The notes under the pieces are model-generated. The model was not told where the DNA came from. It saw nothing but the letters and a program-made list of their open reading frames with translations, and did not search any database. A DNA stretch of 64,000 nt from the NCBI RefSeq assembly GCF_006345805.1, contig NC_043003.1:73098001-73162000 (forward strand), in the 5' to 3' direction. This document shows, piece after piece, positions 51,731 to 64,000 of the stretch (position 1 is the first letter of the stretch; each line of letters begins with the position of its first letter). A program made the translations under genes and the position numbers. The stretch is from Octopus sinensis. Its lineage: Eukaryota.

Positions 51731-52409
51731 ATTGATGCAATCGTTTCTATTATAACCATTTTTCTTTTGCAGACAAGGCTAGATGCCAGTGATCATCTTT
51801 TACGGAGATGTATGATGTAAGTTGACTGGAAATGATATAGAATTAATCTGTCTGGTAACGTTTTACCCCAGAAGAAATTTATATCAATACTGTGAAGCTA
51901 ACGAACACACACTAAAGGTATAATACTACAGATGCTTATAGGAAAGACATCACTGTGCAGTCTATCATAGCTACGTGGATGATTGTTTGATGTTTTGTCC
52001 AATAACAAAAAGTAGTGCCTGTTATAGCACATGAATATACTTCGAAATTGATATGATATGTTATATCATTCAAAGCCCTTTACTCAATATGTTAGATGTG
52101 ATTAAATCAACAAAGCTATGTACTTAAATTGGTGATTGTCGTGTCTCCACATTGCTATTCTCTTAAAATCTTTCTCTTTTCCTGGCACTGCTATTTCATT
52201 ATAGGATTCCCTGTAGAGCCGACGAACTGGTTTCCATGGTGAAATCATTAGCCATCCGAAAGACCTTTGCTATACAAAAGTTAGTTGTAGTAGGCCTGTG
52301 TAATTCAATAAAAAGCATTAACTTACCAAATCAATGGAAAATAAGAGATAAGAAAACCTAATAAGTTTCACATAACTCTCCCACAAACATATATGTGTAT
52401 ATGAGTGTG

Positions 52410-52468
<59 letters not shown>

Positions 52469-53209
52469 TATATATAATATATATATATATGTATACACCA
52501 ATCTCTCTCTCTCTCTCACACACAAATATATATATATACACAAATACACACACACATATATATAACTGTAAATGCATAGATATATATGTACGTATCTATA
52601 AGTGTAGATGCATATAAAGTGATAACAAGGTAGAGAGAAGGCTATATGAGTGTGTATATATGTATGTATGTAACCGCACACACACACACACACGTATATA
52701 GATACACATGAACATATAATGCATAAATATATATGTATGCATATGTGTATATGTGTGTTTGTCTGTGTGAGTGAGTTAGTGAGTGAGTGTGTGTGTGTGT
52801 TTAGTAATGTTATTAATTTAGGAAATGGATTCATTTATATGTTATTTTATTTTATACCACTTTTCCCCTACTTTTCTAAATTGTCTCACCAGGCGAGACA
52901 ACACTGGAATCCGCAATACAAATACGATTGCTATAGAAAAAAAGAAGACAATTTTTGTATGTGCTCTATGTAAGTTGAATAATTCATTGGAAAAATGCAA
53001 TTGCTAATTTTATATTCCTTCACTAATATGGTTGCGTAGTAATTTTATACCGTCATGCTCCTGTGTTCCACATCTCAGTGCGAAACTCCGGGCAAATTTC
53101 TTCTACCAAGCAGTGAGCATAACAGATACTTTATGAATAATATTTAAAAGAAAACTGTGCAATAAATACATTACATACACACACACACACGCACACTCAC
53201 ACACGTATG

Positions 53210-53425
53210 TATTGGTTTCAAATTTTGGCACAAACCCAGCAATTTCGACTGTGTGGATAAGTTGATTACATCAATCACAGTGCACAGTTGGTACCTATTT
53301 TATCGACCCCAAAATGCTGAAAGGGAATGTCAACCTTGGCGGAAATTGAATTCAGAATCTACTGACGGATGAAATACCGCTAAGCATTTTGTCCGGAGTG
53401 CTAATAATTCTGCAAGCTTGCCAGT
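53210..53425 (-). mobile_element. SINE family A
   Basis: Reverse complement gives ggcaagcttgcagaattattagcactccggacaaaatgcttagcggtatttc..gaattcaatttccgcc..ggggtcgataaaataggtacc..gtgccaaaatttgaaacc. Confidence 0.85.
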
Positions 53426-53430
53426 TTATA

Positions 53431-54686
53431 TTAGGTTCCGAAAATAGTGGCAGCTCTAAGTGTTGTGATTTGAAACGCAATTTTATCATAGTATTTTAAT
53501 TATATTTTGGTGAATTTCGATATACTTAATAATTGATGTATGTTCTTTAATAATTTTCTACTTATTTCCGACAGGAAACATTCTTGAAGCATATGTGCCC
53601 TTTATTATGAACATGACAAAAAAGGACCTAAGCTTCTTTTCTTGGATGACTTCAAGCTTGGGCACAAAGTCTCCCAAACTGCTGCCAGTATCAACAGAGC
53701 ATGGGGAGAGGTGTCCACAAGTGATTGCACAGTACGAAGGTGGTTTTAGAAATTCCGTAGTGGGGATGAGAACCTTGAAGATGAGGAAGGTAGTGGACGG
53801 TCATGCAGTGTTGGCAATGAACAATTGAAAGCAATTGTTGACCAAACCCACGTCAGAGTGTCAGACAAATGTCTCAGGCACTTGGTATCGGTATTGCAAC
53901 GGTCTCACGCAATTTGCAGAAGATTGGTAAGGTGAAAAAAAGTTCGATAAATGGGTACTGCTCAATGGAAATCAAAAAGTTTAGTGTTTTGAAGTGTGTT
54001 CGATGCTCTTTCTGCGAAACACCATTGATCCCTTTCTTGATCGAATAGTCACTTGTAACGAACAGTGGATCTTTTATGATAACCGTAAACGATCAGGTTA
54101 ATGGCTTGCTCGTGATGAGTCCGCCAAGCATTTCCCAAAGCCAAAGTTGCATCAGCAGAAGATTATGGTGACTGTCTGGTGGTTTGCAACTGGTGATGTC
54201 CATTACAGCTTTCTAGAAGATAGTCAGAATATTACAGCAGAAGTTTACTGCAATCAACTCGATGAAATGCATGCTCATTTTCAAAGAAATGAGGCATGCA
54301 TTGGTAAATAGGCGTAGCCCAATTCTGCTCCACGATAATGCAATGTCACATGTTGCAAGAATGATGCTCCAGAAACTCACAGATTTGGGATACGAGCCTT
54401 TACCACATCCTCCATATTCTCCTGATCTTTCACCGACTGACTACCGTTTTAAAGCATCTAAGCAAGTTTGAAGTGATAAAAGTTTCAGGTCTAAACCAGA
54501 AGTGGAATCAACTTTCAAATATTTTTTAGCATCAAGCCAGTAAGTTTTTTTATCAACGAGGCATAAATAATCTGTTTAATCGATGGCAGAGATGCATAGA
54601 TGTTCACGGCTAATACTTTGACTAATCAAAACATTATACTGTTTATTATGTTTCTGAAACCGGCCATTATTTTCGGAACAACCTAA
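53431..54686 (+). mobile_element. full-length mariner relic (1256 bp) with TIRs and TA target duplication
   Basis: TA|TTAGGTTCCGAAAATAGTGGC ... GCCATTATTTTCGGAACAACCTAA|TA. Transposase remnants include KFRSGDENLEDEEGSGR, FLDRIVTCNEQWIFYDNRKR, KIMVTVWW, LLHDNA and HPPYSPDLSPTDY; stops and frameshifts are present. Confidence 0.93.
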
Positions 54687-54739
54687 TAAACGTATATAGT
54701 CAATACTATGTACTTAACTTATATGTGTTGTTCAAATGC

Positions 54740-55065
54740 TAGAATGATCAGAGTGAGTTTTCCGAGCTGCAATATCTTCTTAATCCCCATTAGACTCATC
54801 CAACTCTTTCTGAATCCTTTGCACTGTCCTCTAATTGACACTCAAACATTCGAAATATTCGTATTGGAGCTTCAGCACGAATGCCAAGTTCAGCATGTCT
54901 TTTCCAAATTTCTGGCAGAGTGAATTGCGTTATGGTGCTGTCTTTCTCATAGACGGTGGCCAACTGTCCCTATCATACTGTGTAGTCGACAAAGTCAAAA
55001 ACAAACAATGCGTATGCGCGAAATTGGATATATAAAATGTCGACAATTTTCTCATCGCTTCTTAC
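54740..55065 (-). mobile_element. 5' fragment of the same maT-like family as 18182-18977
   Basis: The minus strand reads gcgcatacgcattgtttgtttttgactttgtcgactacacag..caccgtctatgagaaagacagcaccataacgcaattcactctgccagaatttggaaa, similar to 18225-18390. Confidence 0.8.
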
Positions 55066-55352
55066 AACATAGTAACGCCTATACATATATATCTATACAC
55101 ATATAAGATGCCATCCAAGAATAACTTTCCTTAAATTAATTGAGTCATCGTTTTATTCAAGTGAAACGAGCCTCTTTTCCAAAATGGAGTTGAACAACTT
55201 TCTCCATGTGATTGGCTTGGAAAATTGTTAAATCACTAGGATATTTTCCAGCTTTTTATTACATGTAACCATTGGTAGCCTTAATTCACAAATAAAGAGA
55301 TTATAGCCATCAGTGTAGTGTTGAGCACGCGCTCCTTTTCATTTGACTTATG

Positions 55353-55403
<51 letters not shown>

Positions 55404-55884
55404 GTGTGTGTGTATGTGTGTGTTTATACACATTATTAATTTCCACTTCACTTTCTTGCATGGGTCAGCTAGAATTTCTCGTGGTAGGCCTTCTATGGGC
55501 AGTTGCTCATACCTTGGCTGCTTTCACTTTCAGCAAACCAGATAATGGCATGATAATGTTTTTAAGGAATACTGGTAAACTGTAACTTTATTTGTTTTCG
55601 ATTATTGGTCATTGTGAAGTTTCATCTAACAAACCTATGCACAAAGCTTTCATTTGTCCCACAGCTATAGAAAAGAGACTTACTTCGTATTGCAGTACAC
55701 ATTGGACTAAACTCAAAAACATAGGGTTAGGAAACAAAATTCTTAACTACACAACCATACCTGCACTTGCTTGTCTCTCCCCCGCTCTATGATATACATT
55801 TGCTTTGAAATTCACCATTTCTAGAAAGGATTATTGCATATTCCAAAACTTTCTAAATACTTATGACATCAGGTATATATATAT

Positions 55885-55928
<44 letters not shown>

Positions 55929-55932
55929 ATTT

Positions 55933-56079
55933 ATACCGGAGTAAGCATATAAATGTGAAACAAGGTGGAAAAAAGAGCACTCAAATATCAGAGGTAGAGT
56001 AATATGCTTTATTTAAAAGCAACAGAAATATAACAAAAGCTGTTACTCAGAGTTTCACGTTCCCGTTCCTCGAACAGCT

Positions 56080-56080
<1 letters not shown>
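55933..56080 (-). mobile_element. ~150-bp hammerhead-bearing insert between (TA)n tracts (PLE-terminal-repeat or retrozyme-like)
   Basis: Complex-sequence island in TA microsatellite that begins, on the minus strand, with the hammerhead fold. Confidence 0.55.
56037..56080 (-). ncRNA. type I hammerhead ribozyme-like motif, variant core UCGAGGA
   Basis: AAGCUGU UCGAGGA ACG-GGAA-CGU GAAA CUC-U-GAG UA ACAGCUU: perfect 7-bp stem I, 3-bp stem II with a GNRA loop, intact GAAA, short stem III and a GUA cleavage triplet. Confidence 0.75.
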
Positions 56081-56115
<35 letters not shown>

Positions 56116-56171
56116 TATATATATACACACACACACACATATATATACACATACATACACACACACGCACA

Positions 56172-56243
<72 letters not shown>

Positions 56244-58434
56244 CATATATATATATATATATTTATACATACATACATACATACATACATACACATACAC
56301 ACACAGATATATATATGTATGTATGTATGTATATATTATTTAAAACAGTGTGATTCGGCCCCATGTGACTTCAAGTTTCATGGGCCTCTAACAGAAGCAT
56401 GTTGTATTCAGTCTTTAAGTTTGAACATAAAACAGGTAGATTGTTTGGGCCTGATATGTTTGGTTTATAAACCTTAGAAGTTAAATTCAACTGTTGAATA
56501 CTGTGTTGTTATCAAACGTATTCAATGGTTTTTAAAGAACAGATACAGTTTGTTTTTTAGCCTTTAGTTTAGTTTACCAGGAAAACATCATTTCCGGTTA
56601 GCTACCGACACATGATCTGTCTGTGTCCATAAACTGTGAGCAAGGGAGTCTACTGCCCCCTTTCTAACCTTAGCAATACTCGTAGACAAATGGTTTCTTG
56701 GTTATTTCTTTTCTTTGGTACATAACAATCACCACACAACCTTGCTCGTAGTATATACTTTTAAAGCCACACACAGTTGCTGATCTCGTAAAGAGAAAAA
56801 CAACTTGTTTTAAATCTCTGATTGAGATCTATATAGTAAAAGTACCATATAGTAAAGAGTGTTTGTGAACAGAAATATTTTTGAAATACTTTCCTTACTT
56901 CAATTAATTTTAAAAGAATTTTGAATGTGTCTTTATTCAGCTGATATATCAACATAAAATTTAAGGGAAAATTTTAATTTAGATCACTTTAAGCAGATAG
57001 CTTGTTATGGTAGAGTCATGACTCTTTTAAGTGGGTTGCTATGAAAAGGATTAAAGCCAAAAAAAAAAAAAAATTCAGCAGTCTCTAATTATTACGACTA
57101 ATCTTGCATTCCAAGTCACCAAGGAAATATAGTGGACATTAAAGAGCAGGCAGACTCTTGTTTTCAAAGTGAATTGTTAGATATCGTGGATTCAAAGATC
57201 AGAGTAACTGTGGTTGATAATAACAAATGTTATAATATATATAGCTAATTTAAATTCATGTCTTCATGTTCTCTGAAATCAACTGTTGAATATACTAAAC
57301 TTTAAATACTAGATCAACTCTGGTTATAAAAATCAATGCTAAATATAGTGAATATTAAAGACATCTGGTGAATAGAAGAAGAATTTTTAATACCAGATTT
57401 TTTGAGGGTTTGAAGTTATCAGGTGAATGCAATTAAATAGTAGATTAAAGAATAGATTTGTTCTAATTTTGTAAAGTCAATTAATGAACATAATGATTTT
57501 AAAGATCTAGTCCATACTGTTTTTTAAACATCACTTGGGAAATATTGTGAACATAAATCGTTTAGCATACAAATTACTCTATCAAATGTAATGCTTATTT
57601 AGTCACATTATTTAAAATTAATCATGCATTATCTCACAGCTTCACGATTTTGATGATGTGACTGCTTATGTTTAGATGACATTGTAGGGTAGGTGTGAGA
57701 CGCTAGATCTGACCACTTTTAACATAAAATGGATAGTTTATTTGGGTTAAATTTGGCTGCCTTAAATGCTAAAGGATTAAAGACCAGATGCACTCTGGCT
57801 TTTAAAGTCATCTAATGTTAACTGTGAATATTTTACAACAGATCCACTTGTTCTGCCAAGTCAGCTGGAGAAAATAGTGTATGTCATGGAACAGACGCAC
57901 TCTGGTCTTTAAAGCTAACTAGAGTCAACTGGTTAATATAGTGAACTTCAAAGACAAGACCCTGTATGGCTTTTCAAGGCAATTGATGAATATATTGGAC
58001 TTTGAATAACATATACACTCTGGTTTCAATGTCAAACGGTGAATATAAGGGATTTTTAGACCAAATCCACGTGGGTATTTAATGATAATCGGTGTATATA
58101 TGCACAGTAACTTTAAAGTCAAGTGCTAAATATAGTCTTATTTAAAGACCAGAAGCACACCGGTTTTTAAAAGCAACTTAAAAGTGTAAAACCACCTTGA
58201 TTTTTTAAAGCAAATGATGAAAATAGTAGACTTTAAAAAGAAAATCTCCTCTGGGTATTAAGATCAAATGATACAGATTTTCACTGAAGTCAACTTGAGC
58301 ATAAAATAAACTTTAAACATGATATAAAGTCTGGTTTAAGATTTAACGTTTAAAAGAAGTGACCAGATGCGTTCTTGTTTGTCTTCAATGTCGATTTTCC
58401 CTTTTTTAAACTTCTTCATCCATCTGTTATCTCT

Positions 58435-58837
58435 CATCTTTTCTCTCATTTACTTGTTTCACTCATTAGAGTGCACCCTTGCCTGGGCACCACCTTGAAG
58501 AATTTTAGTTGAACAAATGAAACTCGGGATTTATTTGTTAAAAACATGGTACTTATTCTATTGATCATATCGCGAAGCCTCTAAGTTGTCAAGAGTGGAT
58601 GAGAGACAAGCATAGGCAAAAACACATGCTCACACACACATGCACACACACACATGCAAACACACATATGCACAGACACACGCACACAATTTGCTTCTTA
58701 CTGTTTTCGTCTTCCAAATCCACTCACAAAGCTCTAGTTAGCCCAAGGCCAGAGGAGAAGGTAAGGTGCTACACAATGGGGCTGAACCTGGAATTATGCA
58801 GTTGGGAAGCAAACATCTTACCATAAAACCACACCTG
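58435..58837 (-). mobile_element. SINE family C inserted in the 54-bp array
   Basis: Reverse complement resembles 28020-28428. Confidence 0.8.
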
Positions 58838-59907
58838 ATCTTATCAATGGTGTCATGGAAAATATAGTAGCCACCATTGACCAAATTTAATCTGGGAACT
58901 AAATTCAAATTGTGAGCATCGTAGCTTTTAAAATCTGATCCACTCCTGTATTTTATGTAATCTAGTGTATATTGAGAATCACTTGGGTTTTTAAATTCAA
59001 CTGGTGAATACAGTGCATTTTAAAAAAGAGATCCACACTGATTGTTAATATCATCTAGTGAATATGTTGGACTTTAAAGACCAAATGCACTCAGGTCTTT
59101 AAAGGGAAGTGGTGAATATTATGGATTTAATGACTAAATCCACTCTACTTTATGAATGCAATTAAAAGCCCATGGATTCTTGTATTTAAATTCAATTAGT
59201 GAATATCATAGACATCAAAGAACAGATCTCCTTTGGTTCGTAAAGCCAACTGCTGAACATGGTTTCTTTCAAAGATAAAAATCTCCTCTTATCAGTTAAG
59301 CCAACCATTGAATACATTAAATTTTAAGCATGATATCTATTCTGGTCTGTCTAATTGAAGAATTTGTAGACATTAAAAATCATGAAAACCTTGGTTATTG
59401 AAGCTATATCTTGTATAAATGAACTTAAGATTAGAATTGTGTTCCTTAAATACCTTTAGTGAATATAATGAATTTGAAAGGTTTGGTCCACGCTGAGGTT
59501 TTGAAAACCAATGGGCAAATTTATTGGATTTATAAACCAGATCCACCCTGATTTTTAAAATCAAATGGAGAATATAGCGTTCTTTAATGTCCAACAACCT
59601 TCTAGTCTTCAAATTCAACAGTTGAATAGAATGGGCATTCAAACCTGCTAATGAAGAGGATTATAAAAATGAAGTGTATTATAAAAATACACTTTAAAGT
59701 TTGTGCTTTTACATACTGTAGTTAGTAAAGGCCTGATACACTCATGTTTCAAAGACCCATCTGGTAAACATAATTCAAAAATCAGATAGATTTTGAATTT
59801 TAAAATTCAACTGTTAAACATAGTGGAATTTAAAAATAAATTATGGTCAAGTGCTGAATGAAGTGTAATTTATAGACAACTCTAGAATTTAGAAGTCATT
59901 TGGAGAG

Positions 59908-60391
59908 ATACTTTTTATCTTTTATTATTTACTTGCTTCAGTCATGAGACTAGTCATGCTGGGGTACCCCCTTGTACAATTTTTATTCGAATGAACTGAC
60001 CACAGAACTTCTTCTTAAAGTCTGGTATTTCTTCTATTGGTCGCTTTTACCAAACTGCTAAGTTACATTGGGCATAAACACACCAACACTGGTTGTCAAG
60101 TGGTGGTGGGTGGTGGGGGACAAAGCAGGCACAAAGACATATATACGCATGCACACACACAGACTTACACACACACCTACACACACACACACACTCTATC
60201 TCTCTCACAGGAACACACACACACTTATATGATGGGCTTCTTTTAAGTTTATATTTATCAAATCCACTCAAGGCTTTGGTTGGCCTGGTGCTATATTAGA
60301 AGACATTTGCCGAAGGTGCCACATAGTGGGACTGAATGCGGAGCCATGTGGTTGGGAAGCAAACTTCATACCATACAATCACATCTGCACC
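59908..60391 (-). mobile_element. SINE family C inserted in the 54-bp array
   Basis: Reverse complement resembles 28020-28428 (aaatccactcaaggctttggttggcc..gtgggactgaa..ccatgtggttgggaagcaaactt). Confidence 0.85.
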
Positions 60392-63239
60392 TATGGACTT
60401 TAAAATTATAACTGTGTTCCTTAAACTCCTTTGATTAATATAAGGGACTTGAAAGACCTGGTCCACACTAAGTTTTTATCGGATTTATAAACCAGAACCA
60501 CCTTGATTTTTAAAGTCTTACGGTTGACTTTATAGACATCATTCACTCATCATTCACTCAGGTCAGTAAAGTCTATTGATGAATGTAGTGGAGTTTAATG
60601 ACTGATCCACTCTAAATTTTTAATAATGTCAGCTGGTGAATACCATGGACTTTAAATGACCAAATTCATGCAAGTTTCGATGTTTAATTGTTAATCTGTT
60701 CTAGTTTCTAAAGTTAATAAACAAATATGGTAGATGTTAAAGAGCACTTGCATCCTGGTCTCTGAAGCTAAATGGCAAATATGTAAAAATATTTATACTC
60801 AGAAGGATATTATTGTGATCATTCTAGCCTTCACATACAGCATACCTAGTATTTTGTGCTATCGATGGTATAGTTGACATTAAATAAATAACTGGAACCA
60901 ATAAAATGATGACTCACTAAATTTTTTAAATTACATGTTGAACACAGATGGCCCAAAGACTAGCTCTACTCTGGGATTTAAAATAGTGGTTATAGTCAAA
61001 CTTTATAACCATATTCAAACTGATTTTTAAATTTAATTGTTGAATACAGTTAATTTTAAGAACAATATTCACTCTCATTTTCTATCACATGTGCATATGG
61101 TAGATGTAACAGATCTACTTCATCCTGTATAACCAATTGGTAAGTATAATGAACCAGATTCACCCTCGTTTTGTGAAGTTATCTTGTGGATATAATGTAC
61201 TTTAAAGGCCAGTCCACACTGGTGAGTACATTTGTTTCAAAAGCAATATCTCTTTTATATAAAAATCCAACAATTTCAACTCAATTTTGCAGACCAGATA
61301 TATTCTGGTCAGTAAAATCTGCTAGAGAAGACAGTGGACTTTGATGACCAGTTCCAGTTTAATGTATACTGGAATTTAAAGGCAGATTCAGTCTGTTGTG
61401 GAAAGTCAACTGATAAATATAATGGAGTTTGAAGAGTAGATCTGTTCATGTTTGAAGCCAGCTGACAAATATAGTTGACATTAAATATCAAATACTCTCT
61501 GGTTTTAATCACAGCTTGTGAATATACTAAATTTTACAGACCAGATCTATTCTGGTCAGTAAAATCTGCTAGAGAAGACAGTAGACTTTGATTACCAGGT
61601 TCCTTCTACTCTTTAATGCTACCTGGTGAACTTTTAAGTTGATCAGATTCACTATGGTTTTTAACACCAAATTTTGAGGAAAATTGTAAATCTAAATAAC
61701 TACACCCAGTCTTGTTTTGGAAAATTCCTGGTAAATATCATGGGATTTAAAACCAGACAGAGGTTTTATGTGAACTTTAAAAAGCATATCATACATCTCA
61801 GGTATATGATACCAACTGGTGAATGTAGCAAATGTTAATGGTAAAATCTATTCTGGATATAGCAGACTGTATTGGGCAGGATCCTTTCTGATATATGAAG
61901 TTAACTGTTGAATATTGTGGTGCACTTAACTTTTTCTTTATTACCTGATAAATATAGTCATATTAAAGACAATGAATATGCCATAACCTGGTCAGTCGAT
62001 AAGATAGAAATAAGAGCCAGTACCCTCTTAAATTACACTATACTTTCTTAGAAAAGGTACAATGGTTCAAATGTTCCAAAGTATATTTAAATTGTGTGTA
62101 AATACAATGTGGGAATGTTTTTGGTCAAAGAAATGTTCTACCGAGATTAACTCTGATCTTAGCAACAATTGAAGATTTATATAAAAAGATTTAACTTTCA
62201 CATTAAAACCATCCGAAATGATTGCATAACTATTCTATTATATCGGGTACAAGCACAGATAACCACAATAACTGTGTGCGAATTTTGAGCGTAACGTTAT
62301 CAAAGAAAAATGGAATACTTTTTACGAAAAACTCAGTGATATTAGCTGAATAAGAAAATATGAAAGAAGAAGTAATGAAGCACAACATAGCGGGCAATGG
62401 CAACGGACGATAATGGATATCACACAAAAAACCGTCAAAACACGTGCTACACAACAATACGACATAATCGCAGTAACTTAAAACAAGGGAGACACAACAA
62501 CACACTTAAGTACGAATTAGGTAAACCAAATAGGACATTAATACGTGTTAATGAAAAGCCAGCTGTAAAGTTCGAGAGAGGATATCAAAATAAAAAAACT
62601 GAAGTGATAACATTCATAAAAGACTAGGAAGATAATGTTACATCTGAGACTAGAATACCTACTTAGGTAAGTTAACTTTGCATTATAAATATTTCTAGAA
62701 GAAATAAAAGGCACAAGTATATTGGGTATGAATAAACTAATGTACACTACACTGTGTGTTATAACTAAACTAATGGCGTAGAAATCTGTGGGAAAATAAG
62801 AAAACATAAATCAGAAATTAGCGTCGAGACGAAAACTTGAACAGGAAATCAACAGAAAAAGAAAAGATATAACAATACATAACAATTGAGTGCCAGAAAT
62901 ATAACAAAGAATATAAAAAAAGGAAGTAAAAAAAACAACCAATGCTATATAGAAGTTTTAACATTAATGATGAACAACTGAAATAAAGAAGCAATGATTA
63001 ATTTATCAGGTGAAAACGGAATTTTTAGAATACATCGATTTGATAAAATAATGAAGCAAAGAAACAAAATAAAATGTTTCAGGAAGATAAAGGAAACATT
63101 TTACAGAGAGTTTAACAAAATATAACAAAATACAAATTAGAGAACAAGAAATACTGACATTTTGAAAAAATATATTGGAAGCTGATAACAAAACATAAAA
63201 CAAGAGAAATATTGAATAGTATCATGAGAAATAAGAAAT

Positions 63240-63480
63240 ATTACAGCGGAACATATAATGCAAGAGATAAAAGCAAAACGCTATTAGATGTAAGCTGGAT
63301 TAGACAAAAATCTAACATTTCTGGATAAAACGTCTCCATATTTCATTCACACATTGCACCAATCTCTTAATGAGATAATAAAATGTCCATCTCAAATATT
63401 TGGGCAACAATGATCCTACCAATGAGAGCAAAACGAGTGGCTGCAAAAACACTAAAGTAATAACTTACTTCTATTAAGAG
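63240..63480 (+). mobile_element. possible highly decayed LINE RT-upstream fragment
   Basis: AGLDKNLTFLDKTSPYFIHTLHQSLNEII weakly resembles the K.PG.D.I..E.L......L..LFN.I segment of LINE ORF2. Confidence 0.3.
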
Positions 63481-64000
63481 TAAAATGTGGTATCAATGTC
63501 TAGATAGTATAATATTCTGTCCGTTAATAAAGATATATCAGATCACAGTAAGTAGCTGACGAAGAGAAGGTCAGCTGAACATGTTTACTTGGCTGTAAAG
63601 AAATAAAATATATATGAATAATGCAGACTGGAAAACAAAATAACATTCATGCTACCTCGGTAGGTTTCGAAAAATCCTACAAGCACCAAAATAATGACTT
63701 GACCACATTCTAGAGATCGCAGCCAAAATGTTCTTGAATAACAAATTACCGTCATTAACATTAGAAAGATCAGGTCCTGTAAAGCGGTTTGAGATAAAAA
63801 GTTTGATAAACGTTTAAACGATGGGTTGGTCGCAGCCGAGTCATCTTTATTCAGAGATATGCTGGACGATGTCTAATCTGGAGCTAAATAACGACTCAAA
63901 GAAATGACACTGCAGATAATATAGTCTTGAATACATTATGTTTACATAAAATACCGGACGATCAAAGCTGGAATACCTGATTATTGATCTGCTCGTTCAC

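Larger units (their letters stand above)
57110..61970. repeat. degenerate ~54-bp tandem array with an internal palindrome
   Basis: By-eye consensus AACTGGTGAATATAGTG-GACTTTAAAGACCAGA-TCCAC-TCTGGT(C/T)TTTAAAGTC. Example units start at 57281, 57927 and 59053, and a perfect stem CTTTAAAGACC/GGTCTTTAAAG lies at 59072-59104. Weaker traces from ~56480. Confidence 0.85.

Noticed and set aside
59373-59642. Protein-coding repeat in the array (one minus frame of the consensus is open: TLKTRVDLVFKVHYIHQL)
   Set aside because: Real units have frequent indels and stops, and no long ORF spans several units.
57110-61970. CRISPR array (37-bp palindromic repeats at regular spacing)
   Set aside because: The 17-bp linkers are homologous to each other rather than unique, the repeats are heavily diverged, no cas genes are present and the context is eukaryotic.
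1-64000. Prokaryotic or viral insert, rRNA or functional tRNA genes
   Set aside because: There is no gene-dense segment or long intact ORF outside transposons, and the tRNA-like A/B boxes all belong to SINE heads.

Overview
AT-rich, gene-poor eukaryotic DNA made mostly of transposon relics and microsatellites. The SINE families, R4/Dong-like, RTE and CR1 LINEs, Penelope-like elements (PLEs) and (TA)n/(AAT)n tracts suggest a coleoid cephalopod, probably Octopus; this is an inference and was not checked by search. No operons, rRNA, tRNA genes or true CRISPR array were found. The only convincing host coding piece is a 200-nt terminal exon encoding a chitin-binding type-2 (CBM14/peritrophin-A) domain (26626-26825, +). 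Most listed ORFs are translations of simple repeats or antisense frames of transposons. The most notable structures are: (1) a ~5-kb degenerate tandem array of a ~54-bp unit carrying a 16-bp-stem hairpin (57110-61970); (2) several hammerhead-ribozyme-like motifs with variant cores on the minus strand, most at PLE 3' ends (best at 56037-56080); (3) a near-full-length CR1-type LINE whose ORF1 combines a Myb/SANT-like domain, polyQ and two CCCH zinc fingers; (4) two neighbouring CR1 insertions, each with an inverted 63-70-bp copy of its own downstream flank at the 5' junction; (5) a 12-kb nest of non-LTR elements inserted in (AAT)n tracts, including an unclassified 555-bp non-autonomous element. 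All alignments and consensuses were made by eye, and many element boundaries are approximate.
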